A stretch of DNA of 37,985 nucleotides. Origin: Candidatus Methanofastidiosia archaeon (GTDB taxonomy: Archaea > Methanobacteriota_B > Thermococci > Methanofastidiosales > Methanofastidiosaceae). The position numbers were made by a program, and so were the translations under genes. Position 1 is the first letter of the stretch; each line of letters opens with the position of its first letter. Under the pieces are notes generated by a model. The model was not told the DNA's origin. It worked only from the letters and a program-made list of their open reading frames with translations, and made no database searches. Shown one piece after another: positions 9,389-17,565 of this stretch. The stretch covers positions 1 through 37,985 of the forward strand of contig PWMA01000144.1 in NCBI GenBank assembly GCA_003558335.1, read 5' to 3'.

Positions 9389-9901
9389 ATGGCTTCTCTA
9401 GAAACTATCTTATCCGAATATTGGATGATTATATTTTTAACATTGATTGTATTACTGATATCGTTGATTCTTATAATTAGATTTGTTTCCAAGAAAAATA
9501 AAGAGCCTAAATTTCCTAGAATAAAGGCCCAAGACAAAACATCAATCTTCGTTAATCAGAAAGATCCTGAAGAGGAACCTAAAATTGAACTGCCTAAACC
9601 AGAAGTTATTGAAACTCCGGAAAAACCTGTTTTGGAATCAATAGCTGAAACACAAAAACATACTGAAAAAAAAATAAATACTTGGGCAGACTTTATAATT
9701 GAACTTGACGACATGTCAAAAGTTTTGGCTGAAGCTAAAGCACACGAATACTTTAAAATGAGTCAGAAGTATAGGGATTTAACAAGATTTTATTTTGACA
9801 ATATCCAAAATCCAAACATAGAAAAAGCAGATATGGACAAAGCTTGGAAAAAATTAGAAGACTGCTACGGCAAAATCCAAAAACTTTTAGAAAATATTTA
9901 G
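9389..9901 (+). CDS. hypothetical bitopic membrane protein (N-terminal TM, Pro/Glu-rich linker, C-terminal helical domain)
   Basis: The ORF track starts at 9338. I prefer ATG 9389 (MASLETILSEYWMIIFLTLIVLLISLILII) because a TTATAAGC TATA-like box is centred about 27 nt upstream. A basic stretch after the TM (RFVSKKNKEPKFPRIK) suggests a cytoplasmic C-terminus. The stop is 8 nt before the next gene. Confidence 0.55.
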   Translation: MASLETILSEYWMIIFLTLIVLLISLILIIRFVSKKNKEPKFPRIKAQDKTSIFVNQKDPEEEPKIELPKPEVIETPEKPVLESIAETQKHTEKKINTWADFIIELDDMSKVLAEAKAHEYFKMSQKYRDLTRFYFDNIQNPNIEKADMDKAWKKLEDCYGKIQKLLENI

Positions 9902-9909
9902 GTGTTTAA

Positions 9910-11775
9910 ATGAATAAAAAATTATTGGCAATTTTTTTGCTTGGTATCATATTTACAGGTTTTTTACCAGCCATATCATCAGAAGAAGAGGGCAAATCTA
10001 TTACTATAAAGGTACCTGCAGTTTCGAGAGCTGAATCTGGATTAGAAGGACTTGTTTTTGATGCAACAGTTCTTGTAAAACCTGGAACTGGAAGGGTATT
10101 TGTTGATACCTGGCCACTCTCTGAACTTGATACTCAAGCCTCGGCTAGATTTGCTTCAGTTGTCGCTACCGATATATTAAAGAAACCTCATTCAAGTTAT
10201 GATTATTTTTATACAATTAGGGCTGATTCTCCCATTATTGGTGGCCCTTCTGCAGGGGCGGCACTTACTATAGCAACAATAGCTTCAATAAAAAAGTTCG
10301 ATGTTGACCCAAACGTTATGATGACAGGGATGGTCAATCCAGATGGTACAGTGGGACCAGTTGGAGGGATAATGGAAAAAATAATGGGTGCAAACGAACA
10401 TGGTACAAAGATATTTTTAATACCAAGTGGGCAATCAGTTGTACAAGTAATAGATGAGGGAACAATTGATACAGTAAATGTAATCGAACTCGCAAAAACT
10501 CGTTGGGGTATAAAAGTAGTTGAAGTTGACGATGTCTCAGAAGCCCTATGGTATTTCACAGGCTATAGAATAAAAGAAGATACCCCTCCTTCGAGAGTAA
10601 GTGTTAACACTAATTTCATGAAAGACAAAGCACTTTCAGACTTTATAGATGTAGAAAGACTATCTAAATCAACATCTCAGAAACTAGAATCTGCAAGCAT
10701 CGGTTACAGAGAATATCTTACTTTAATTGACTTTCTCAATAGAGCAGATTCAAATATCGATTTAGCTAAAAATAATCTTTCAGAAAGAAGATATTATAGT
10801 GCTATGAGCAATATATTCAACGCCAGAATACAGTTAAATTACATTAATGATTCTATAGACTTTCTAGTAAATAGAGATCCTACAAATGTTAAAAATAGAA
10901 TAGAAGCAGCCCAAAAAGAACTTGATGAAGCAAATCAGCTAATTTTAGAGGAATCTGCAAATATTAGAGGTATAACTTCATTTGAATGTCTTGCTGCATC
11001 TGAAAAAAGAGCTATAGATGCTGAAAATTTAATTTCAGACGCATGGAGAGAATATTACAATCAAAGATATTCTGATTCTATTTATTATGCAAATTTTGCT
11101 CTTGAAAGGGCTAAAACAGCAAAGTTATGGCTGGATATTAGCAAAGAGAATTCTAGAGGAGAAATAATCATAGATGAATCGCAAATAAAATTCAATGCAA
11201 ATCAAAGAATTGAAGATGCACGATTGAGTCTTGTTTATGCAAGAACTTTGGTGGGTAACAACCCACTATTACAACAAAGTTCAGATTTACTTAGAACTGC
11301 AGAAAAAAGTTATAAAGATGGAAAATATGCCGCAGCCATTTTTGATGCAATAGAGAGTAAAGTTAGATCCAGCGTTTCAATAGAGCTGTGGGCTTCAGGA
11401 GAAGATGTTATAAAACAAAGACTGGAAAGGGCCAAAGAGCAAGCAGGAGGAGCGATTTATCTTGCAAGAAGGGAAGGCGGCGGAGCTCCACTAATGGCTG
11501 AAAGTTACTTTGAGTACGCTTCCACTTTTGAAGAATCCGACAGGATTGCTTCAATAATTTTTTACAAATATTCAAAAGGTGTAGCCTTTGCACTTAGATT
11601 CTTAGACCCTCTAGATCAAACAACACCTAAACAAGAAGTAGAAATAGAAAAGTCGCCAGTTCTAATCACAACTGCTTCTCAAAATAACGTTGGATATTTC
11701 ATTGGAGGGCTTTTATTAGGCTTAATTTTAGGGGGAATAGCCTTTTTTTATAAAAAAAGAGAAATTTATAAATAA
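9910..11775 (+). CDS. secreted/membrane-anchored Lon-type (S16) serine protease domain protein without an ATPase module, plus a long helical-repeat domain and a C-terminal TM anchor
   Basis: 621 aa. Signal peptide MNKKLLAIFLLGIIFTGFLPAISS. Lon proteolytic motifs GGPSAGAALTIA (Ser) and TVGPVGGIMEKIMGA (Lys). About 370 aa of Tyr/Ala-rich helical repeats. C-terminal FIGGLLLGLILGGIAFFY followed by KKREIYK. SD AGGTG precedes the ATG. Confidence 0.75.
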   Translation: MNKKLLAIFLLGIIFTGFLPAISSEEEGKSITIKVPAVSRAESGLEGLVFDATVLVKPGTGRVFVDTWPLSELDTQASARFASVVATDILKKPHSSYDYFYTIRADSPIIGGPSAGAALTIATIASIKKFDVDPNVMMTGMVNPDGTVGPVGGIMEKIMGANEHGTKIFLIPSGQSVVQVIDEGTIDTVNVIELAKTRWGIKVVEVDDVSEALWYFTGYRIKEDTPPSRVSVNTNFMKDKALSDFIDVERLSKSTSQKLESASIGYREYLTLIDFLNRADSNIDLAKNNLSERRYYSAMSNIFNARIQLNYINDSIDFLVNRDPTNVKNRIEAAQKELDEANQLILEESANIRGITSFECLAASEKRAIDAENLISDAWREYYNQRYSDSIYYANFALERAKTAKLWLDISKENSRGEIIIDESQIKFNANQRIEDARLSLVYARTLVGNNPLLQQSSDLLRTAEKSYKDGKYAAAIFDAIESKVRSSVSIELWASGEDVIKQRLERAKEQAGGAIYLARREGGGAPLMAESYFEYASTFEESDRIASIIFYKYSKGVAFALRFLDPLDQTTPKQEVEIEKSPVLITTASQNNVGYFIGGLLLGLILGGIAFFYKKREIYK

Positions 11776-11781
11776 AAAATA

Positions 11782-12894
11782 TTAAATTTCTCCTCTATCT
11801 TTTGTTCTTATACATCCTTCTAGAGTTACGCCGCCACCAATTTTAATTGATCCTCTGTATTCTATGCCTTCGCTGATATTTGTGCCATCCATAAGGGTAA
11901 CTGAACCGCCTGATAGAATTCTACTAACACTACAATTGTGGCCTATTAATACATTTCCTTTAGCTTTAATGGTCTTGGCATCGCTGTTAGCTCCCACTGT
12001 AATTTCTCCTTCCGATACGACATCTTTCATCATTTTGCTGTTTTCTCCGATAGTAACATTTCCATTTGCTTCAAGTTTAGTCTTAACAACTGCTTCAGAG
12101 CCTAAAAATACGTCCCCCCCTGAAATAAATTCGCCACCAATTCTTACCCTGTCTCCACATTTAACATCTCCTGTAGTTTTGAGCGAATCGGGTATAACAC
12201 TACCATTTGAAATAAAAGCATTTCCCGCAAAGATTTCCTCTCTTATTTCAGCTTCCTCTCCCATGATAAGCGTTCCATCGCATTTTACAGAACCGTGAAT
12301 CGTTGTTCTATCTCCAAGGGTAACATTTTTCCCAGCTATGATATCTCCTTTAATCAAAGCATCATTTTCAATTTTTACGTTTTCTCTAGTTTTTAATCCA
12401 CCCTTTACAATAATACCTTCACTTATGTCAATGTCTTTGTCAAAAGCATCTAAGACTATTACTTTGCCTCTTTCTGCTTCTTCCATCTGTCTGTTTAGTT
12501 CTTCATTAATCGCTTTAACTCTTTCAAGTTCTCTCTGAACATCTTCAATAAGCTCTTCTTTCTGTCTTAATACAATTATCTCTTTTGATCTTTCGTTATT
12601 TAATTCTTCTTTGTACTTGTCTCTTTCTTCACTAATTTCCTTTATTACATCATGGGTTCTTTCTTCAACTTCTCTGTATTTGTCTTCAGCTTCTTTTAAC
12701 TTCTCAGTGAACTCTTGATTTTCTCTAGTAATTTTTTCAAACTTTTCCTTTATAATTTCTATGTTTTCATACTCTTCTTCATAAACCTTAAGTTGCATCT
12801 TAAGAGCTCTGTTTTCCTTTTCAAGTTCCTCTAGATTTTGCGTGAGCATATTCAATTTTTCATCTTTTTCTTTATTACCGCCAAAAAGGCCCAT
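11782..12894 (-). CDS. coiled-coil protein fused to a bactofilin-like (polymer-forming, DUF583-type) beta-helix domain
   Basis: 370 aa. The first ~140 aa are Glu/Lys-rich heptad-like sequence. The rest is repeated G(D/N)V.I(G).. turns (GDIIAGKNVTLGDRTTIHGSVKCDGTLIMGEEAEI...). A strong SD (TAGGAGGAA) lies 8 nt upstream. Confidence 0.72.
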   Translation of the reverse strand: MGLFGGNKEKDEKLNMLTQNLEELEKENRALKMQLKVYEEEYENIEIIKEKFEKITRENQEFTEKLKEAEDKYREVEERTHDVIKEISEERDKYKEELNNERSKEIIVLRQKEELIEDVQRELERVKAINEELNRQMEEAERGKVIVLDAFDKDIDISEGIIVKGGLKTRENVKIENDALIKGDIIAGKNVTLGDRTTIHGSVKCDGTLIMGEEAEIREEIFAGNAFISNGSVIPDSLKTTGDVKCGDRVRIGGEFISGGDVFLGSEAVVKTKLEANGNVTIGENSKMMKDVVSEGEITVGANSDAKTIKAKGNVLIGHNCSVSRILSGGSVTLMDGTNISEGIEYRGSIKIGGGVTLEGCIRTKDRGEI

Positions 12895-12955
12895 TTAAAT
12901 TCCTCCTAATATAATAAAATTCTAGTATTGACTATATATATCTTTTTATTTAAAT

Positions 12956-13354
12956 CTATTTCTCATATAACTCTAATAAAATGCCGTGTGTGCTTTTTGG
13001 ATGAACAAAGGCCATCTTTGACTTTCCAGCACCAATTCGTGGCTTTTCATCAATTAGTTTTATCTCTTTATTCTTCATCAAATCTATAGATTTTTCTATA
13101 TCATCAACTAAAATTGCAATGTGATGTATACCCTCTCCTCTTTTTTCTATAAACTTTCCAACTGGACCATCAGGCGATGTGGGCTCTAAAAGTTCTAAAT
13201 GAACGCCTCCAATATCAAGAAATCCAACTTTAACCTTTTGCTCAGAAACTTCCTCTATACCTCTAACCTCTAACCCTAAAACACCTTCATAAAAACTCAA
13301 AGACTCTTCTAAATTATTTACAGCTATACCAATATGGTCTATTTTTTTTATCAC
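12956..13354 (-). CDS. mce: methylmalonyl-CoA epimerase (VOC/glyoxalase fold)
   Basis: 132 aa. IDHIGIAVNNLEESLSFY, GVHLELLEP and GEGIHHIAILVDDIE are present. Located in an operon with meaB and the MCM B12 subunit. Confidence 0.88.
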   Translation of the reverse strand: MIKKIDHIGIAVNNLEESLSFYEGVLGLEVRGIEEVSEQKVKVGFLDIGGVHLELLEPTSPDGPVGKFIEKRGEGIHHIAILVDDIEKSIDLMKNKEIKLIDEKPRIGAGKSKMAFVHPKSTHGILLELYEK

Positions 13355-14325
13355 TAGAACACCTCATACAACTTCCTTAATTTTGGCATTAATTCTTCTA
13401 TAACCATGTAAGGATCTTTTTCTCTATTTGCAATCTTTTCTGCAAGTTCTTCTAATTCGTCCTCTGATACGAAACTATACAGATTTTTCATAAATAAGTT
13501 TTGAATTATATTTAACAATTCATTTTTTCCTCTAAATACTCTTTTTTTCCCATAAATACCCGATTCAATTAAGTAAGTATAATGATTGTTTATTGCTTTG
13601 TAGAGATCATCAGCACCATTTTCTTTATTTCCATAAGTTTTTATTATTGGAGGAATCCAAACTTCATTTTTTTCTGAAAGTTCTAACATCATTCTGATCT
13701 CACTTATACATTTCTCAACTCCGTCTGTTTCTGCTTTATTAACTGAAAATATATCCCCTATCTCCATAATTCCTGCTTTTATTGTCTGTACATCATCTCC
13801 CATACCTGGAACTGAAACCAAAACAACGGTATCCGCTACTTTAATAATATCAACTTCAATCTGGCCTGTACCTACAGTTTCAATAATTATAACATCTTTT
13901 CCAAAAGCATCAAACAACTTGATCACATTCGCAGTAGCTTCAGACAGTCCTCCAAGACTCCCTCTAGTTGACATACTTCTGATGAATACTTTTTCATCTG
14001 TGTAATGTCTTTGCATTCTTATCCTATCACCGAGTAATGCGCCTCCTGTAAATGGGCTAGTAGGGTCAATAGTAACAACACCTACTTTTTTCCCCTCATT
14101 TCTATAGTTGAATATTAGTTTATCAACTATACTGCTTTTTCCAGATCCTGGAGGTCCAGTTATGCCTATTATATAGGCATTGCCTGTTAAATTATGTATC
14201 TTAGGCACAATAACTGCAGAAGAAGAGGGATCGTTTTCAATTAAAGTAATGAGTTTTCCAAGTGCCCTTCTATTTCCTGAAATCATTTTTTGTACTAGTT
14301 CTTCAACTGGATACATTTTAGGCAC
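13354..14325 (-). CDS. meaB: methylmalonyl-CoA mutase-associated GTPase MeaB/ArgK
   Basis: 323 aa. GITGPPGSGKSS (P-loop), VVTIDPTSPFTGGALLGDRIRM, IIETVGTGQ and VNKAE are present. Confidence 0.9.
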   Translation of the reverse strand: MPKMYPVEELVQKMISGNRRALGKLITLIENDPSSSAVIVPKIHNLTGNAYIIGITGPPGSGKSSIVDKLIFNYRNEGKKVGVVTIDPTSPFTGGALLGDRIRMQRHYTDEKVFIRSMSTRGSLGGLSEATANVIKLFDAFGKDVIIIETVGTGQIEVDIIKVADTVVLVSVPGMGDDVQTIKAGIMEIGDIFSVNKAETDGVEKCISEIRMMLELSEKNEVWIPPIIKTYGNKENGADDLYKAINNHYTYLIESGIYGKKRVFRGKNELLNIIQNLFMKNLYSFVSEDELEELAEKIANREKDPYMVIEELMPKLRKLYEVF

Positions 14326-14328
14326 TCT

Positions 14329-14730
14329 TTATATTTTATGAATCATTTCTTTTACATCAGTGATTATTTTTTCAGTGCTTGTTCCAGGCCTAAATATTTT
14401 TTTAACTCCAAGGCTTTTAAGATAGGTTATATCCTCTTCAGGAATAATTCCTCCTCCAAACACAAGAATATCCTCCGCATCTTCTTTTTTTAAGAGATCT
14501 ATTATTTTTTGAAAAAGGTAATTATGGGCTCCCGATAAGATACTAAGTCCTATTGCATCTACATCTTCTTGTAAAGCAGTTTCTACAATACTTTCTGGCG
14601 TCTGTCTGAGGCCTGTATAAATAACTTCCATTCCAGCATCTCTTAAGGCCCTAGCAACGACTTTAGCGCCTCTATCATGGCCATCAAGCCCTGGCTTTGC
14701 TATCAATATCCTTAATTTTTTCTCTGGCAA
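14329..14730 (-). CDS. methylmalonyl-CoA mutase, small cobalamin-binding subunit
   Basis: 133 aa. [34 protein letters not shown] carries the DxHxxG B12-binding motif. Confidence 0.9.
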   Translation of the reverse strand: MPEKKLRILIAKPGLDGHDRGAKVVARALRDAGMEVIYTGLRQTPESIVETALQEDVDAIGLSILSGAHNYLFQKIIDLLKKEDAEDILVFGGGIIPEEDITYLKSLGVKKIFRPGTSTEKIITDVKEMIHKI

Positions 14731-14821
14731 TAAAAACCCTCGATTCTTAAAATAAAATATAATCTTAAAATAGTTTTCGGTTAATTACTAATTTTTATAA
14801 AATTAATCAAATTAACTATAT

Positions 14822-14926
14822 TTAGTCTTCTTCGTAATCTTCTTCAGGAATGAAGAGAGGCTTTTCATCTTCTTTTTCTTCAACGGGAAAGTTTATTTGC
14901 GGTTCTATTATTTTTATCTCCTCCAT
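14822..14926 (-). CDS. possible small acidic protein (34 aa), below the ORF-track threshold
   Basis: ATG 14926 to TAA 14822 reads MEEIKIIEPQINFPVEEKEDEKPLFIPEEDYEED. It is the only ORF in the 295-nt spacer. A TATATATA box lies ~45-50 nt upstream on the same strand. No SD and no homology are recognised. Confidence 0.2.
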   Translation of the reverse strand: MEEIKIIEPQINFPVEEKEDEKPLFIPEEDYEED

Positions 14927-15013
14927 ATAAAAGTTGTAGCGGTATGTAATACAGGCTTAGATTAATAGGTATATATAAGATTAATCTCTAAGTTAGAATC
15001 ATCGGAGAAAAAA

Positions 15014-15023
15014 GCTTATATAA
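15014..15023 (+). promoter_or_regulatory. BRE/TATA (GAGAAAAAA-GCTTATATAA) for the flavodoxin-like gene
   Basis: The TATA centre is ~25 nt upstream of ATG 15044, with a purine-rich BRE-like run just 5' of it. Confidence 0.45.
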
Positions 15024-15043
15024 TTTTGATAGAATTTAGTAAC

Positions 15044-15514
15044 ATGAAAACACTTGTTGTTTATTACTCTAGATCTGGAACTACTAAAAAGATAGCAGAT
15101 GAAATTTGTGATAAAATGAACTGCGATATTGAAGAGATAATAGATAATAAAAATAGAAAAGGATTGTTCGGATGGCTTATTGCTGCATTTGATGCTCGAT
15201 CAAAAAAACTAACTGTGATTGAAAATATCAAAAATGATCCTTCAAAATATGATTTAGTAATTATGGGGACGCCTATATGGGCAGGGTTAATGGCACCTGC
15301 CTTAAGGACATATATCAATCAAAATAAAAATCAATTCAAAAAAGTTGCTTTCTTCTGTACACACGGCGGTTCTGGAGAATTAAAAACTTTTAAAGATATT
15401 GAGGATTCCACAGGAATAAAACCAATTTCAAAGTTGGGCATAAGTGCAAAAGATCTTCAAACTGGTTATGAAGATAAATTAAAGGAGTTTATCTTAGAAA
15501 TAAATAAAATTTAA
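15044..15514 (+). CDS. flavodoxin-like protein
   Basis: MKTLVVYYSRSGTTKKIADEI, IMGTPIWAG and FFCTHGGSG are present. The track start TTG 15026 falls inside the predicted TATA-to-TSS interval, so I use ATG 15044 (leaderless). Confidence 0.75.
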   Translation: MKTLVVYYSRSGTTKKIADEICDKMNCDIEEIIDNKNRKGLFGWLIAAFDARSKKLTVIENIKNDPSKYDLVIMGTPIWAGLMAPALRTYINQNKNQFKKVAFFCTHGGSGELKTFKDIEDSTGIKPISKLGISAKDLQTGYEDKLKEFILEINKI

Positions 15515-16509
15515 TTTTTTAATATTAAATAATTGATAGTTAGCTCTGAAATGTCTGCAGAGTATTCACCCATTCTCCTAATACTTTCAACCATATATAA
15601 AACTGGAACAGCTTGGATACCTAAATTTAATGCTTTGTTATTAATCTCTTCACATTTTTCGATTAGCTTTTCGACAATATCGATATTTTCATTGGCCTTT
15701 TTAATATCCTTTTTAAAATGTGCTTCAAAACTCTTAGAAAAAATATCAAGAGACATATTGCTTGTAGATTCTATTTCTTGAATCATATCTGGACTTAAAG
15801 TGTCTATCGCCTTCAGAACATTTTCACTAAGAATAAGTGCGTGATCTCCAACTCTTTCTAGAATCCTACTTATTAAAAAATAATAACTTGCTTCTTCTTG
15901 GCCCAATCCTATTTTTTTTGAAAGCACTATGTCTGTTAAGATAACATTATATTGATGAGAGGCAAGCCAATAGAGTCTATCCACTTCAAAATCCCTTGAA
16001 ATAACATTTTTTGCCAACTCTTTGTTATTATTTTTTAGTGATTTAATTGAATCTTTGTGCATACTTTCAACAAGAAAATACATTCTTTTGATAGTTTTTT
16101 CAAAAGACATTTCCATTGGACTAAGTAAATCCTTTATTACAAAATGATTCTGTTCTTCATCAACAATCTCAGGACCTATTGCAATCTGTGTAAACATTCT
16201 TATAGATTCTCTAATATGGGGGGGCATTTTTCCATTGGATTTTATAATAATATCTGAATATCCCATTATGTAAGCGCCTACAAGTAGTCTGAAAAGGTAT
16301 GTTTTATCAGTTTCAGAGTCAACAATATACTCCTTCTGCTTTCTTTTTTTTTCAGTTTTTTTATCAGGAGTTACTAGTAGAGTTCCATCTCTTTGAACAA
16401 TAAGGCCAAGTGAATCATTTTTCTTTATGTTTAACGACTTAATCCATTCTTTTGGCAATGTGACAACATAAGAAGACCCACCAGTTATTTGAACTTTTCT
16501 TATTTCCAT
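15511..16509 (-). CDS. phosphate uptake regulator: AbrB/SpoVT DNA-binding domain fused to PhoU repeats
   Basis: 332 aa. N-terminal RKVQITGGSSYVVTLPKEWIKSLNIKKNDSL (SpoVT/AbrB swapped hairpin). PhoU signature ERVGDHALILSENV. Divergent from pstS. Confidence 0.82.
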   Translation of the reverse strand: MEIRKVQITGGSSYVVTLPKEWIKSLNIKKNDSLGLIVQRDGTLLVTPDKKTEKKRKQKEYIVDSETDKTYLFRLLVGAYIMGYSDIIIKSNGKMPPHIRESIRMFTQIAIGPEIVDEEQNHFVIKDLLSPMEMSFEKTIKRMYFLVESMHKDSIKSLKNNNKELAKNVISRDFEVDRLYWLASHQYNVILTDIVLSKKIGLGQEEASYYFLISRILERVGDHALILSENVLKAIDTLSPDMIQEIESTSNMSLDIFSKSFEAHFKKDIKKANENIDIVEKLIEKCEEINNKALNLGIQAVPVLYMVESIRRMGEYSADISELTINYLILKN

Positions 16510-16609
16510 AATACCATTTATTTTATTTCTATTAATTATATAAGTATTTCTGTATTCTATTGTTAAATATATAGAGCTATAGAGAAATCATTTTTATATG
16601 TATTCTTAT

Positions 16610-16637
16610 ATATTATAAGTCGAGTAATATTATAAGT
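16610..16637. repeat. direct repeat ATATTATAAGT (16610-16620 and 16627-16637). The related TATAAGT heptamer also occurs at 16540-16546.
   Basis: Read directly in the divergent AbrB-PhoU / pstS promoter region. It could be tandem TATA boxes or an operator. Confidence 0.3.
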
Positions 16638-16668
16638 GGTTTTAATTTATTCAATTTGGTGATATACC

Positions 16669-17517
16669 ATGAATAAAAAAACAATGAAAATATTTGGTTT
16701 ACTGATGATCTTTATTGTTTTCGGTATGGTTTTTGCTGGCTGTGTTTCTCAAGCTCCAGATCCAAATAGAAGAACCATAACTATAACAGGCTCTACAACA
16801 GTTCTGCCCGTAACTCAATTAACGGCAGAGTCATATCTTGATAAGAATCCTAATGACGACATCCAAATTACAAGCGGGGGATCAAGCGTAGGCGTTATAG
16901 CAGCAGCTGAAAGAACAGCAGATATAGGTCAATCCTCAAGAGATATCACTCAAGCAGAGATTGAAAGGTACCCTGATCTTAATATAATAATAATTGCCCT
17001 AGATGGGCTAGCACTAATTGTACATCCTTCGAATACTGGCGTTTCAAATTTAACAATAGATCAGGTTAAGGATATATTCAGTGGGGAAATAACTAACTGG
17101 TCACAAGTTGGAGGAGATGATAGACCAATAGTTGTAGCTATAAGGGATGCAGCTTCAGGTACAAGAGCTTTCTTTTCAGATTTTGTAATGAAAGGTGAAG
17201 ACTATGCACGTGGAAGTCTAGAAAGAAACTCTAACGGGGCCGTAAGGCAAACTGTCGCTCAGACACCTGGGGCAATTGGTTACGTCGGACTAGGATTTCT
17301 AGACGCCGAAGTCAAAGCAATTAACATCATTAATAATGACGTTCCAGTACAACCAACAGTCGCCAACACTGTTAAAGGAGATTATCCTCTAGCAAGACCT
17401 TTAATCTTTCTTACAAAAGGTGAGCCACAAGGACTTGTGAAAGACTACATAGATTTCGTACTAAGTGAAGAAGGTCAAACAATAGTTACAAAAGCTGGAT
17501 TTGTTCCTATAAGGTAA
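16669..17517 (+). CDS. pstS: phosphate ABC transporter substrate-binding protein
   Basis: 282 aa. Signal/lipobox-like FAGCVSQ. ITITGSTTVLPV, SGGSSVG and RDAASGTR are present. SD GGTGAT lies 5 nt upstream. Confidence 0.9.
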   Translation: MNKKTMKIFGLLMIFIVFGMVFAGCVSQAPDPNRRTITITGSTTVLPVTQLTAESYLDKNPNDDIQITSGGSSVGVIAAAERTADIGQSSRDITQAEIERYPDLNIIIIALDGLALIVHPSNTGVSNLTIDQVKDIFSGEITNWSQVGGDDRPIVVAIRDAASGTRAFFSDFVMKGEDYARGSLERNSNGAVRQTVAQTPGAIGYVGLGFLDAEVKAINIINNDVPVQPTVANTVKGDYPLARPLIFLTKGEPQGLVKDYIDFVLSEEGQTIVTKAGFVPIR

Positions 17518-17565
17518 ATTTTTTAAATAAAATTTATTTTTATCTTACAATCAAGAGGTTTTCAA

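Noticed and set aside
9899-9912. The 14-mer TAGGTGTTTAAATG occurs twice (9899-9912 and 21246-21259).
   Set aside because: Both copies are an SD (AGGTG) plus spacer plus ATG, at the starts of the Lon-type protease and citrate synthase genes. This is a shared translation-initiation context, not a mobile or regulatory repeat.
11864-12538. Two plus-strand ORFs (144 aa and 66 aa), rich in Ser/Pro/Leu/Thr, opposite the coiled-coil-bactofilin gene.
   Set aside because: They mirror the Glu/Lys/Gly-rich repetitive coding strand. The minus-strand gene has a strong SD and a coherent domain structure.
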